DNA of 64,000 nucleotides from Adineta vaga (taxonomy: Eukaryota > Animalia > Rotifera), in NCBI GenBank assembly GCA_021613535.1, contig CP075497.1, forward strand, positions 11,222,001 to 11,286,000. The letters run 5' to 3'. The notes under the pieces were generated by a model, which did no database searches, was not told the origin of the DNA, and saw only the letters and a program-made list of their open reading frames with translations. The translations under genes and the position numbers were made by a program. This document shows positions 1-11,560 of the stretch, in pieces; position 1 is the stretch's first letter, and every line of letters begins with the position of its first letter.

Positions 1-10
1 TGTCACTTAC

Positions 11-89
11 CGGCATGTTTATTTCCTATTGTTCGCCAGGTAATAAGATCATCAAGTAACGTTGCAACATGTTGGGTATTTGTAGTCAT
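11..89 (-). CDS. First exon of an unidentified gene running off the left edge (MTTNTQHVATLLDDLITWRTIGNKHA...)
   Basis: ATG at 89 opens a 26-codon frame ending at a consensus donor (G|GTAAGT). It lies head-to-head with the CHCHD2-like gene. Confidence 0.55.
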
Positions 90-168
90 TATTCAATGTT
101 TTAATAATGTATAATGAGGATAAGGAAAAATTCTTCTTCTTTTGAATGAAAAACCATAAGAAAATTTC

Positions 169-178
169 GACCAATCAG
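169..178 (+). promoter_or_regulatory. CCAAT box (NF-Y type) in a divergent promoter
   Basis: GACCAATCAG between two head-to-head genes. The identical 10-mer recurs on the minus strand at 59139-59148 in another divergent promoter. Confidence 0.5.
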
Positions 179-577
179 AATTTGGTTAGTGACCTCTTCA
201 ATGAAAGATAAGATATGAAAAAACAAAAAGATTCAGATTAAAAATGTGTTTTTAGGATAAAAACATTCATGATTTATTTTTTCGCATAGTTTTCTAAGGA
301 AATTTTCCAAACATTGAAAAGGGTAAAGAACATTCTGGTAATAAATAAATAAGTATGAGTGTAAATTTTGGATGGATAGATCAGATCGGAATAGTATATA
401 TGATTCACAGAAGAGTTTTTCATCATTCAATACACGTTACATCACATCACGATGTATATTCTTTTTTTGCACTTACTCGTTTGTTTCTCAGTCATTTGAC
501 TGATGCAAAGCGAATTTTTCTCATGATTTTTGTTTGTTTTATAGAGTTCTTTTCGTCTTCATTTATATAAATTAAAA

Positions 578-1277
578 ATGCCTCGTCGATCTGGTGGTGG
601 TGGTGGTGGTATGCGTTCATCATCTCCTACTCGGTATGTACTTTTTTTTTAATTCATTGTTTTCTATACAATCTATTTTGTATCTTGATTTTCAGAGCTC
701 CTGCTCCAACTCGTGCTGTTGCATCTCGTCCTCCAGCTGCTCCAGCGCCAGTCACGGCACCACAGGGCCGTCAACCTGGTCTATTTGGTCAAATGGCTGC
801 TACAGCCGGTGGTGTAGCTATTGGTTCAGCTGTTGGTCATACAATTGGTGCTGCTTTAACCGGTACGACTTCATGAAACTAGAGAATAATGAAATGAATG
901 TTCATTCTTTCGTTATTTCAGGTGGATCTCGTGGTCATGATCAACCAGCTGTTACACAAGAAGCTGGTCCAAATGATCAACCACTTTATCAATCTTCTGG
1001 TGAACGATTCTCAACTGAACGATGTAATTTATATCAGAAAGAATTTATGAAATGCCTTGATCAAGCTGGTGGAGATTCAACACAATGTCAAGGCTTTTGG
1101 GATGCTTTGAAAGTAAAATTTCTCTTTTCTTCTATTGATCATTTCCTTAACTATATTTCTTTTTACTTTCAAGGAATGTCAACGTTTTCATGGTCCTAGC
1201 GGTATGTGATTAATAATTTGTACCTATGATTTTCTAATAATATTTTTTCTTTCTTTCTTTGTTTAGCAACGCTCTAA
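578..1277 (+). CDS. CHCHD2: CHCHD2/CHCHD10 (Mix17)-family mitochondrial intermembrane-space protein; 5 exons (578-633, 696-862, 922-1112, 1174-1201, 1267-1277)
   Basis: [11 protein letters not shown]-terminus, conserved helix [30 protein letters not shown], twin CX9C ([11 protein letters not shown]...[11 protein letters not shown]). GT-AG introns keep the frame. Confidence 0.93.
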
Positions 1278-1480
1278 GTAATAACAAAAGATGGAATATG
1301 TTAATCAACACACGCTTCCCTTTCCCATAGTTGCTCTACTTCCAAGATTACATTCGATTCTATATCAATCGAAAAATTATTTTCTTTTCTTCTTCTGTAA
1401 CTTTGTTTTTCATTAGTCCAATAAAATCACATCCGAAAAAGATTAATTATCGAACTCCGAGCGCCAGATAAACTTATTGA

Positions 1481-2161
1481 ATGGATGATTTTAATTCTTG
1501 TCTCTTACAAATCCTTCGTTTTTGTATTGAAGCAAATCTTTTTCTTCATCAATTATATCAATTTGAATGTCACTTAACAAAGATTGATTCACTGTATCAT
1601 ATTTCATCTGATGATTATTTCACTATTCTTGAATGTCTTTCAATGATAATCAATGATTTGAATATCTATCATAGAAATTATTTTCAAAAACTTTATTTGA
1701 ATATTGAAAAGTATCTTCTAAGACAATATTTTACGATAAATTATTCTTCAGAAGAACTATTTCATGAAGATTTCGAACATTTGAAATATTTTCTTTGCCA
1801 TGAAATTAAATCATTTCAAAGAATTTTTCATTATTTACATAAATTAAGTATTAATTGTATCTTATGTCAACAATATCGAAGATTATGTACGAATATTGAA
1901 TTAGAAAAACGATTTAGTTGTATTCGAATGGATTTATTAATGAATTTAGAAACAGTAAATAGAAAAATTGAAGTTTTATTACTGAAAATTAATATGAATT
2001 TCGAACGAAAACATGAAAATCACCAAATGAAAGAAAGAATAATAATTACAAACCTTTTTCGAACCATATGTTTTTGGTTTATAATCATTTTTTCATTTGG
2101 ATATTATTTACAACAATTCTTCGTAACTAAAAATACATCAAAAACGATTTGGTATTTTTGA
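1481..2161 (+). CDS. Intronless 226-aa hypothetical protein, helical, with one C-terminal hydrophobic segment (tail-anchored-like)
   Basis: Long ORF in AT-rich DNA with TM-like segment TICFWFIIIFSFGYYL near the C-terminus. No family recognised. Confidence 0.6.
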   Translation: MDDFNSCLLQILRFCIEANLFLHQLYQFECHLTKIDSLYHISSDDYFTILECLSMIINDLNIYHRNYFQKLYLNIEKYLLRQYFTINYSSEELFHEDFEHLKYFLCHEIKSFQRIFHYLHKLSINCILCQQYRRLCTNIELEKRFSCIRMDLLMNLETVNRKIEVLLLKINMNFERKHENHQMKERIIITNLFRTICFWFIIIFSFGYYLQQFFVTKNTSKTIWYF

Positions 2162-2378
2162 TTTTTACAGAAATCAAATTCTGTATTTCATTAGCATTTT
2201 CAAATATGTTGACCACGGTAAGCCTTGATGAGTTGTCCTTGTGCTGACGTGGCATGAGAAGACACGTATGAAAACATTGTCACAGATGGGCATTGATCAA
2301 TAGGATTTGAATTGCAAATCTGAACAAGGAATGGTGTATATAAAATCACGATTTTCTTGAGATAAATTTCATACAAAC

Positions 2379-3238
2379 ATGATCAATCAAGTCTGCTTCG
2401 TCGTTATTCTCGCTCTTTGTTTATCATATGGAATTGCTGATGGTAAACTTGATACAAGTCCACCAGAGAAATATACAATTACCCATGAAGCTACTTTCAA
2501 TATTGTTATTAAGGATAACGCTTATACAAGTGATGTGATATCTAAAGGAAAAGTTATTATTGGACTTTTTGGTGATATTGTTCCAATGACTGTCTTAAAT
2601 TTTGTAACAATTACCAATGGTATGGTTCGTAGTAATGTAAGTTGTTAATATTATTTTGTAGTTATGAAATTAGTTTTCGATTATTTTAGACAAATTACAC
2701 GTATAATAACGTTCCAATTCATCGAATTGTCAAAGATTTCTGTATACAAACGGGTGATTTCATCAATCGTGATGGTACAGGAAGTGAGTCGATAGAAATA
2801 TGAAATTTTCAATCATAAGAATCTTCACGAATTCTTAGGTGCAAGCATATATGGAGCGAATTTCGTCGATGAAAACTTTCGTCTTAGTCATAGATCTGCT
2901 GGATGGGTTTCAATGGCAAAGTAAAGCATAGAAAACGTCATTTTTTTTTCTTTTTTTTCTATGTAAACTTTTCATAGTTATGGAACAGACACCAATGGAT
3001 CTCAATGGTTCGTCACTTTAGTTCCTGTCGTTGGCTCGATGGTCATCATGTTGTTTTCGGTCGTGTTCTTCAAGGTATGGATTTTATACATCAAATCGGA
3101 GAAATCGATACCTATGCTGGTACATCATTACCAAAGAAATTTGTTGGCATTGTTTATGGTTCTGCTAAAGAAGTTTCTCAACGATATGATCTTGCATTAG
3201 AAGATCTCATTTCAGCTGAAGACATTATTGTTGCTTAG
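2379..3238 (+). CDS. Secreted/ER cyclophilin-type peptidyl-prolyl isomerase (PPIB/PPIC-like), 4 exons
   Basis: Signal peptide MINQVCFVVILALCLSYGIA; motifs IGLFGDIVPMTVLNF, HRIVKDFCIQTGD, SMANYGTDTNGSQWF, WLDGHHVVFG. Introns at about 2637-2689, 2784-2838 and 2921-2977. TATA-like TATATAAA at about 2337. Confidence 0.93.
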
Positions 3239-3418
3239 TTTTATCAAGATTATTCTTTTTGTTTTGCTTTTCAATTCAATAAAACGTATCGATACTAGAC
3301 ACATTAGTTTTATTCTCTATGAAAATATATATGATGATGAACAATGAAGTTTTTTTTTGTTCTAGTTAAGTTTATTCGTTTACTTTCAGTTTGAAATCGA
3401 TGTAATTTTGATTTTAAT

Positions 3419-4437
3419 TTAAGCAAGTGTATTAATTCTTGATCTTCGACATTTTTTGAAATATATCTGAAAGAAAACATGAATACATTGATGACGAAAT
3501 CGTTGTGATGCACACATATACATATAAAATGGACTCTAAATAGACAGAAAATATCAAAATAAAATCTGAATTTTTACCGAAAACTTACAGAAAAATTCAA
3601 ATAATAAAAACATGTTGCTATTGTAGTTGCTAATTGTAATTTTGCTTGCCAGAGTGCATCGTTTGTAACGACTGAATCCACCACAATTATTGTCACGATA
3701 ACATATGGTATAATAGCAACGAATGAATAAACAACTTGTACAAGAACGATAACTGTCAATTGTTTGTCTAATTCTTGTCGAACAAGAGGTAATATTCGTC
3801 GATGTAATTGTTGAACATTCCAATAAGCTAATAGACCAAACAAAGCATTGATTATTATCGGTAAAACCCCTCCTAAAACCCAAATAAATGTATAAGCATA
3901 AAAATAATAAAATTTTGTAGTTGATCCCAAACACATCATTCTATTTATCGATGGTAAATAAAGTAAATCATTATAGATTAAATATGGAATTCCATAAAGC
4001 ATCCAAATTAAAACTGATATTGATGTTACGATATGAGCAACTTTGATCTTGTTCCATCTTTGCCATCGAACTCGTAAACATGTTGCTAAATATTGATCGA
4101 TTGTTGCTAAGCACATACATGTGAAAGAAATTAATGCAGAAACAATAAGAGAATAAGGTCGAAATTTACAATAAAACGCAGATGATTGTGTCCAATCAAT
4201 ATTAAAACCCACGATCATTATTCGAGAAAATAAACCACTGATTAATTGATTGATATTAACTAAAGCCATGACTGTTAAATAAAACACACATGAATTTTGA
4301 CGAAATGTTTTTAGACTACGAAAAACAATGATGTTCAAAAGATTTCCAATTACACCAGAGATTAGAACAGCAATACCAAAGTAGATCGTTACTTTCTGAC
4401 TTGCAATAGCATACGATAAAGCACTCGATGAAGACAT
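3419..4437 (-). CDS. Class A (rhodopsin-like) orphan GPCR, paralogue 1; 2 exons (4437-3589, 3535-3419)
   Basis: Seven hydrophobic segments, GNLLN in TM1, CKFR before TM3, IDQY at the DRY position. The last exon gives SPFYMYMCASQRFR (TM7/helix 8). Confidence 0.9.
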
Positions 4438-4781
4438 TCCAGTCAATCTTCAAGAATAACTATGCCTTTTTCAGAAATAGTTTGAATATTATATAGTATA
4501 ATCTTAGACTTGTCATAATAAATCTGAAATATTTTGTCAGTCAAAAGTACTCTTTAATCCGAAGGACTTTCAAAGTTATCAGACGATAATTGATGATAAA
4601 TATAATGTCTTAAAATAGTTTCTTTTGATTAACGTGTCTACACTTAATGCAAGTAGATGAAATTAATTTCTATGAGAGATACAATAATGATTTATTTTTA
4701 GGAATTAAAATGTACAAGAAAATAACGAAGTGAACTTTTTCTGATGAATGTTAATGACAGAACAATCTGTAAAGGACTCAT

Positions 4782-5820
4782 TTATGTTTCTGGTACGACT
4801 TGATTCACAACTGCCACACGTTGTCGCCATTTATTAATATAAATTTCAAAGAAAGCATAGATAAATTGTCGACGAAACCGTTGTGAAACCCAAATATACA
4901 TATAAAATGGAATCTAAATCAAAAAATCGAAACTAAGCAAACAAACAAAACATTGGATAATTGAATCTTACTGCATAATTTAAATAATAAACACATGTAG
5001 TAACAGCAGTCACAACTTGCATTTTAGCTGCAATCACTGGATCATTCTTAATGATTGATGTATCAGAAAGAATAGTTGAGACTACATATGGAACGGTTGC
5101 TATGAGGTGGCAGATAAATTGAACGAATATAATCGATATCAATTGTTTATCTAATTCAAGTTGAACAAATGACATTGCTCGTCGATCTAATTGATGACTA
5201 TTATGGTAAGCTAAAATGCCAAATATACCATTGATAGAAACAGGTAAAATACTTCCGTAAAAAACAGTTACACCATAGAGATGATATTGTTCAAAGATTA
5301 AATTTGAACTTGCACATGTAAAAATACCGGTATTTCCGACTGGAATAAGAGTATAATAAATCAAGTATAAGATTCCATGAATAAGCCAAATAGAGACAAG
5401 AATAGGAACAATACGAGCAGCTATTTTGATATTACTTAAACTTTGTAAATAAAGATTTGAAGAAGTTGCTAGAAATTGATTGACCGATGCTAATGACATA
5501 CATACAAAGGATGTTAGAGAAAAAAATTGAAAACAATAAGCACGAAATTTACAATAAAAAAAGGAGACTATTGTCCAATCAATTGCAAAACCACTGATTA
5601 AAATACGAGAAAGAAGACCAGTAAGCAATTGACCAACATCAGCTGCTGTCATTACAGTTAAATAGAATGCACAAGCATTTTCTCGAAATGTTTTCAAACT
5701 GAGAAAAACAATAAGATTGAATATATCACCGAGTAAACCAGCAATAAATATTGGTATACCAAAGAAAATCGTTATTTCGCGAGAAATAAATGTATAATAT
5801 GCAGTAGCTTCTTCAGACAT
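4782..5820 (-). CDS. Class A orphan GPCR, paralogue 2; 2 exons (5820-4972, 4913-4782)
   Basis: Aligns with paralogue 1 (IVFLSLKTFR, SGFAIDWT, CKFR, LDKQL) and has the same intron position. Last exon IPFYMYIWVSQRFRRQ. Confidence 0.9.
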
Positions 5821-6716
5821 CGTCGTTTTTCTTTCTGATAAAATCAAATGAGAATCGGTCCTATGCAGTCTTTTATATGTAAAACTTATGTCAATTTTCA
5901 AGTATTGAAATGACAAGAAACTTAGCTGAATATATACTTTGTTAGCATGATTAATCTGAATGTTCATTACACAATTCTCGTTCTTTCACTTGATTAATAT
6001 TTTGTCAGAAACAGAAATTAATTATCGAAGGAGTCAATAGCATTGTAGCTAAGAACAGAAAAATGTTTTTTCTTCCATAGTGATTATGATAAGATGACAA
6101 CTATAAAGAGATTCTTCTCGTGATTTGAAAAGAAATGCACCAGGAGTTTGATAAATATATTTCAACACATTCACATGAAATTTCGTCGAAATCTGTTGAA
6201 AGAGTAACTCTTCTGAAACCGAATTAAATATAATATTAGACTAGTAAATGTTAAACATCTATATCCACATCTATTTTATCATAATTAAATATCATCAACA
6301 AAAAATAACTCTATTTACACAACTTCAAACGAACTCGCTTCAAGAAAGTTATCAGAACAGTCAAACTCATTTCATTACTAATACACAAGTCATTAGTAAC
6401 CTTTTTGGAAAATCTACCTGCCATCTTGAGGGTGTGGATGTAAGAAGAGCGACACACACACCCACACCCACATCACCCAACCATCGTACTTTTTGCAATG
6501 CATTCGAATTTGTTTTAGAACATACTGATGTTACGCATTGTTTCTGTGAGTGAGCGACTATGAGACCAACTTTTGAATCATGATATATGTGAAAATATTC
6601 ATAAATGATTATTTGTATTCTTACTCTGTTGATAAAAACGAAGATCGTTTTAATTTTTCAATTTCAGAAGTTTTCAAGTATTTATTAAAATGAATATAAA
6701 TAAGAATATCACAAAA

Positions 6717-7100
6717 CTATGCTTTCTTAGTGACAGTCGAAGTAGGAGGGAAAATTTGTCGAAATTTTGACTTTTGAGTAGGAGATTGCGTACAAGCACA
6801 TTCTTTATAATCGCTTACTCGACTACAGAAACCACTTTTGAATTTTAGATTTCTGCAGTGATAACGACAACGATATTCATTGCGATTGTTCGGACCATAA
6901 CAACCAAAACCACGAATATGTCGTTCCGTTTCTTCAATTCCAGACAACACTAAAAAGTACGCTTATCGTAGGAATGAAAGGAAAGATTGAAATTTGTACA
7001 TACTATCGTCGTAATCAAAATTAAAATCTCGCATTGTTCCCTGTATTTCAACGAGGAAAGCCAGGAAAATTAGGACAGCAAACAACCATTTATAAACCAT
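6717..7100 (-). CDS. Prepro-defensin of the invertebrate/fungal CS-alpha-beta type; 2 exons (7100-7004, 6949-6717)
   Basis: Signal peptide MVYKWLFAVLIFLAFLVEIQG, acidic propeptide ending RHIR, mature region GFGCYGPNNRNEYRCRYHCRNLKFKSGFCSRVSDYKECAC with six Cys in C..CxxxC..GxC..CxC spacing. A 54-nt phase-1 intron preserves the frame. Confidence 0.88.
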
Positions 7101-8995
7101 TAGTACTAAACGAAATGAATAGAGTTAAATACTCATTCCAATGAAAAGAATATTGATCTCTAGCATGTCATGCTCTTTCATTTTGCTAGAAGGCGGTATT
7201 ATCGTATATAATTACTATCAAGTATTGAATCTAGAGTATGCGGTTGTTACTAGATCTTTAATGACAATTGAATTATATTTGTTAGTAGTCACTATTGTTG
7301 ATATTCAACATTACAAATCGAAAAACTGTGTGTTTGTTTTTCAGAAGATCTTACACACAAGTCCATTCTAGTATTGTCCTGTATATCATATCGAACAAAT
7401 AGTAGGCATTCAATGAAAAATCACCATTTTTACTGTAGAATATGAGTAGATAGATAGTTGACTGATAAACTTACGAAAGGTAATTGTATTTGTGATTTTT
7501 TTGAAAACTTATTAAGACTTTGAAGAATGTAAGATACATTTACTTATAACTTGTTAATATATAGATCATCAATATAGAAAAAGAAATATTTTCAATGGAA
7601 TTCCCACGCTAATCGGAAAAGATGAGCCATTTGATTTTGATTTTTTCCCATGCGAGAAAAGGGCTGAGTTTCTTTTCAATAGTGGGTGTATCATTTACAC
7701 GTTCTTTCTCTACAAAATCACAAGATTTTTTTCTCCTTTGCCAATGAATATTTCACGATAATCTCTATAGTTAAGCAAGAAACATCCATAGTCACATAAA
7801 ACAACTATCAACATGTATTTCCCCTCTCTTTTCCCTTACAGCTATACTAATATTATTCATTTCTCAACAAAAATGAGTGTCTCCATCAGTAGTAATTTGA
7901 TAGGTATTCATGACATCATCATCATTGTCATACCAAAATGAGAAAAAAACCTTCGTCTAAGTCATACTTTAATCCCTCAATACCTGTTTAGCATACAGAT
8001 CAATTACAATTTCAACAGAATCAAAAGAATTTTCCTTTCCTCTCTTAGTTATGACAAACCAAACATATTTAGAGAATTTAGAAATTCAAAAAAAATAAAA
8101 GAATCACTTGATGGAAATATAGTATTTATTGACAATAATCATTTCCGTTCGTCTAAAACTGTAGGAGACTTTATTATCTTAATTTATATATGAATCAACT
8201 TTTCGAAGAAGTTTGGTTTCCTATTCTGGTTAGTTTTTCTAGGAACTCATTTATTGCGTAGGAATTTAAAAGAATCAAAAATAATTTTTTTTCTAAATTG
8301 TAAAACGCACGGGTAAATACTGATGAAACTCTTCGTAAGCGAACTAGACAATGAGCTTCAATTATCTCTGTAATTAGTCCATTTTTATTAGAACGTTATT
8401 TATTTAATTGATTCCAACATAGTATTTGAGTAAATAATTAACTAGGACAAAACATGTTCTAATTATACATGTTCATAGAGTATATCAAGGAACCTTCAGA
8501 ACACGCATGATGTTTTTCTCATCTGTTCTCATTAAGTATAAAATGTCATGAGAGATCATACAATTAAACATGAAACTTATCTAAAAATTAAACTCCATAA
8601 TAATTATCATCTCTGGAGTCTAAAAAGTACCACTTTATAGTATTAATAATGGCGACACGACAAAGCATAGATCAAAGTTTTTTTTTTAGAATTAGTTTAA
8701 TTTATTTATATTCAAATGTACGTAGAAATTTTAATTATTTACACTTAAAAAGTAAACATTGATATCGAATAAAACGATTTTCAGACAAGACGAAAATACA
8801 TTCAACCTTTCTATTCATCTGTACCTAACTACAATAATTTTTATAAATAAAAATAATTCTAAATGAAATAATTACATGCGTAAATTTTGATATTTCAAGT
8901 AGAAAATATCGAAGATATATCAACTGTTCTCCATATGAACTCTTAGGTCAATATTTTAATTGAACAAGATGTTTTCAAATATGATAATGATTTCC

Positions 8996-10035
8996 TCATG
9001 TTGCAGGAACTATTTGATTGATGATAGGTCTTGCTCGTCGCCAACGTTCGAGATAAACTTGAAATAGAACATGGGATAATTGTTGACGAAATCGCGCAGA
9101 TGTACAAACATAAATATAGAATGGACACTATTGAAAAAATTCGAAATATTTTAAACATTCGGTCAAAGAGAGAAAAAACAAAAGCTTACTGAAAAACTTA
9201 AATAATATAAAAGAATAGCCATAACATTAGAGAAATCGAAAACTGCTTGTTCATTTACATTTGTTATTACTAAAACCGATGAAATAGTCGTTAGAATTGT
9301 ATATGGTAATGTAAAAATAAAATTTAGAACAATTTGAACAAGAACCATCGATGTTAATTGCTTATCTAAATGACGTCGAACTAATGGAACAGTTCGATAA
9401 GCTAAATTTTTTACATTATAATATGCTAAGATTCCAAAACAACTCGTTATAATCAATGGTAAGATTCCTGCTAATGTGATTAGATAACCATAAAGATGAT
9501 ATTGTCGAAAAAGATTATTCTCACTAGTACAAACAATTCGATTTGTAGTCGATGAACGAATTAAATCAAAATAAATTAAATAAAAAATTCCATGAAAAAT
9601 AAGAAGAAGAAGAACTAGAATTGTTAAATATTGAGCAGTTTTAATATTACTCCAATTTCGATATCGAAGATGAAAACTTGTGGCTAAATATTGATCAATT
9701 ATTGCCAAACATGTACATGCAAATGATGTTAAGACACAAAATTGTAAAGCATACCATCGAAATTTACAATAAAATGAAGAAATTAATGTCCAATCAATTG
9801 CAAATCCACTAATAATTATACGAGAAAGTAATCCAGTACATAGATTTCCAATATTAACAAATGACATGACAGTTAAATAAAGAGCACAAGCTTTGCTTCG
9901 AAAAGTTTGAAGACTTAAAAAGACAACAATGTTCAATAAATTGCCAGCGATTCCCAAGAAAAATATACATGAACCAATATAGGTCGTAAATTTTTGTGAG
10001 ATATAGACTAATGTTGACGCAAGTATTGTCGACAT
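8996..10035 (-). CDS. Class A orphan GPCR, paralogue 3; 2 exons (10035-9190, 9127-8996)
   Basis: Same family motifs (GNLLN, CKFR, IDQYLAT, LDKQLT) and same intron position. Last exon CPFYIYVCTSARFRQQ. Confidence 0.9.
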
Positions 10036-10696
10036 GATGAATCTGTTTCATCAAATAAAATAAAACTAATTACAGACAAAAATATCGTTCATTATAAAAT
10101 GAGAAGAGAAAAGAACAGAAAGGTTCACCTGTTTTTAATTATATCTTTCAAGTATGATTTGCTTACAATGATATTATTAATGTTATTTAGTAGATTTTTA
10201 TATCTAATTCAAATGCCAATTTGAAGTCAGAGGAATTTCGGACGTGATCTCTAACAAACAGATTACCAGAGAACACGATCCGTATTTTAACATCGAAGAC
10301 ACAGTACTGAAAAACATTTTTGTAGGATTATAGTAAAGGATACTAATGATAATCGATAGAATTTCGATTTAAACATATATAACAGGTTTTAGAGCAATAA
10401 ACAAAGATAAGGATATGAGATATATGCATGTCTGCAAGTTACGATATCATTTTTATTTGCTTTATATTCACATATATTTTTTCGATGAAGCATTACATTT
10501 CTTCTCGACGACACGCAATACGATCACATTTTTTAGAGAAACAAAAAGCATTTTCTTTTGGTGTTTTGGTTAACCGGGAAAAGGTCGGAAGTAAAAATGT
10601 CGAAAAATACGTATAAAGTAGCGTTATTTTTATCATTCGACGTTTTTATTTTCGACGTTATTCTCCAGTAAACCTTTGTGTTTTTTCGACACTAAT

Positions 10697-11560
10697 ATGG
10701 CTAGTATTGATAATTGCGAATTATCATTAACATGTGCCATCTGCTTGGACGTAGCCTCTGCAGAAAATGCCATTGAAACTTCTTGTTGTCATCATTTATT
10801 TTGTTTTACTTGTATTACAACTGTTGAGACATGTCCTGTCTGTCGACAAACAAATTTCAAAACTATTCCTGCTTATTTTGCTCGTCGAATGATTGGCAAT
10901 ATGTTTATACAATGTCCTAGCACTGGTTGTAAGGAAAAGATTACACGGTCAAATTTAATGGATCATTTATCGAATCATTGTACTTACAGTGTGTTATTAT
11001 GTCCTGATCCAAATTGTAAAAATTTTAAATGTATTAAGAAAGACTTTTTAAAACATTTAACAAAACAACATAGAGAGATTTTAATGGAAAATTATAAAAA
11101 ATTATGGCCAACACGCGATGCTACTGACAGATCAGAGACTTCTTTCGAATCCAATGAAAGACTATCGTTGAATGATCGAATTGAAGGAACTCGAAATACA
11201 TTTGGTCGCTATGCACGTTTAGGTAGTAATGGAAAGTTCTATTGTGGTGGTGCATTAGATGGAGCTCGATGTTCATGTTGTAATGGTTATTGTGGTGTAA
11301 CAAATGGTTGTAATTGTTCAGCATGTATGTTATTAGATGTTCAAAAACGGCAATTATCCTATGGATGGTTAGTGAACCGTGATGGAGCAGCAGCGAGATG
11401 TAGTCAACAAGAACCAACAAAATTTTATTGTGGTCGAAACGTATTGACACCAAATGCAAGAACCGATGGATACTGTGGACCTACAGATGGAGAACAATGT
11501 CCAGCATGTCGAACAATAAATGAACAAAGGCCTGGAAGATATAAACAAATTTGGACATAG
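10697..11560 (+). CDS. Intronless RING + TRAF/Sina-type zinc finger protein with two C-terminal Cys-rich repeats; probable E3 ubiquitin ligase
   Basis: C3HC4 RING (CAIC...CCHHLFCFTC...CPVC), CPSTGC...HLSNHC and CPDPNC...HLTKQH zinc fingers, two KFYCG...GYCG..G..C..C modules. First ATG at 10697. Confidence 0.85.
   Translation: MASIDNCELSLTCAICLDVASAENAIETSCCHHLFCFTCITTVETCPVCRQTNFKTIPAYFARRMIGNMFIQCPSTGCKEKITRSNLMDHLSNHCTYSVLLCPDPNCKNFKCIKKDFLKHLTKQHREILMENYKKLWPTRDATDRSETSFESNERLSLNDRIEGTRNTFGRYARLGSNGKFYCGGALDGARCSCCNGYCGVTNGCNCSACMLLDVQKRQLSYGWLVNRDGAAARCSQQEPTKFYCGRNVLTPNARTDGYCGPTDGEQCPACRTINEQRPGRYKQIWT

Noticed and set aside
594-1199. 201-aa ORF-track entry
   Set aside because: It runs through introns and an alternative frame of the CHCHD2-like gene; only its 3' part is the real exon 3.
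4741-4765. CTGATGA hammerhead-like core (also at about 8320 and 32414)
   Set aside because: No stem II followed by GAAA and no matching stems I/III; no Penelope-like element nearby.
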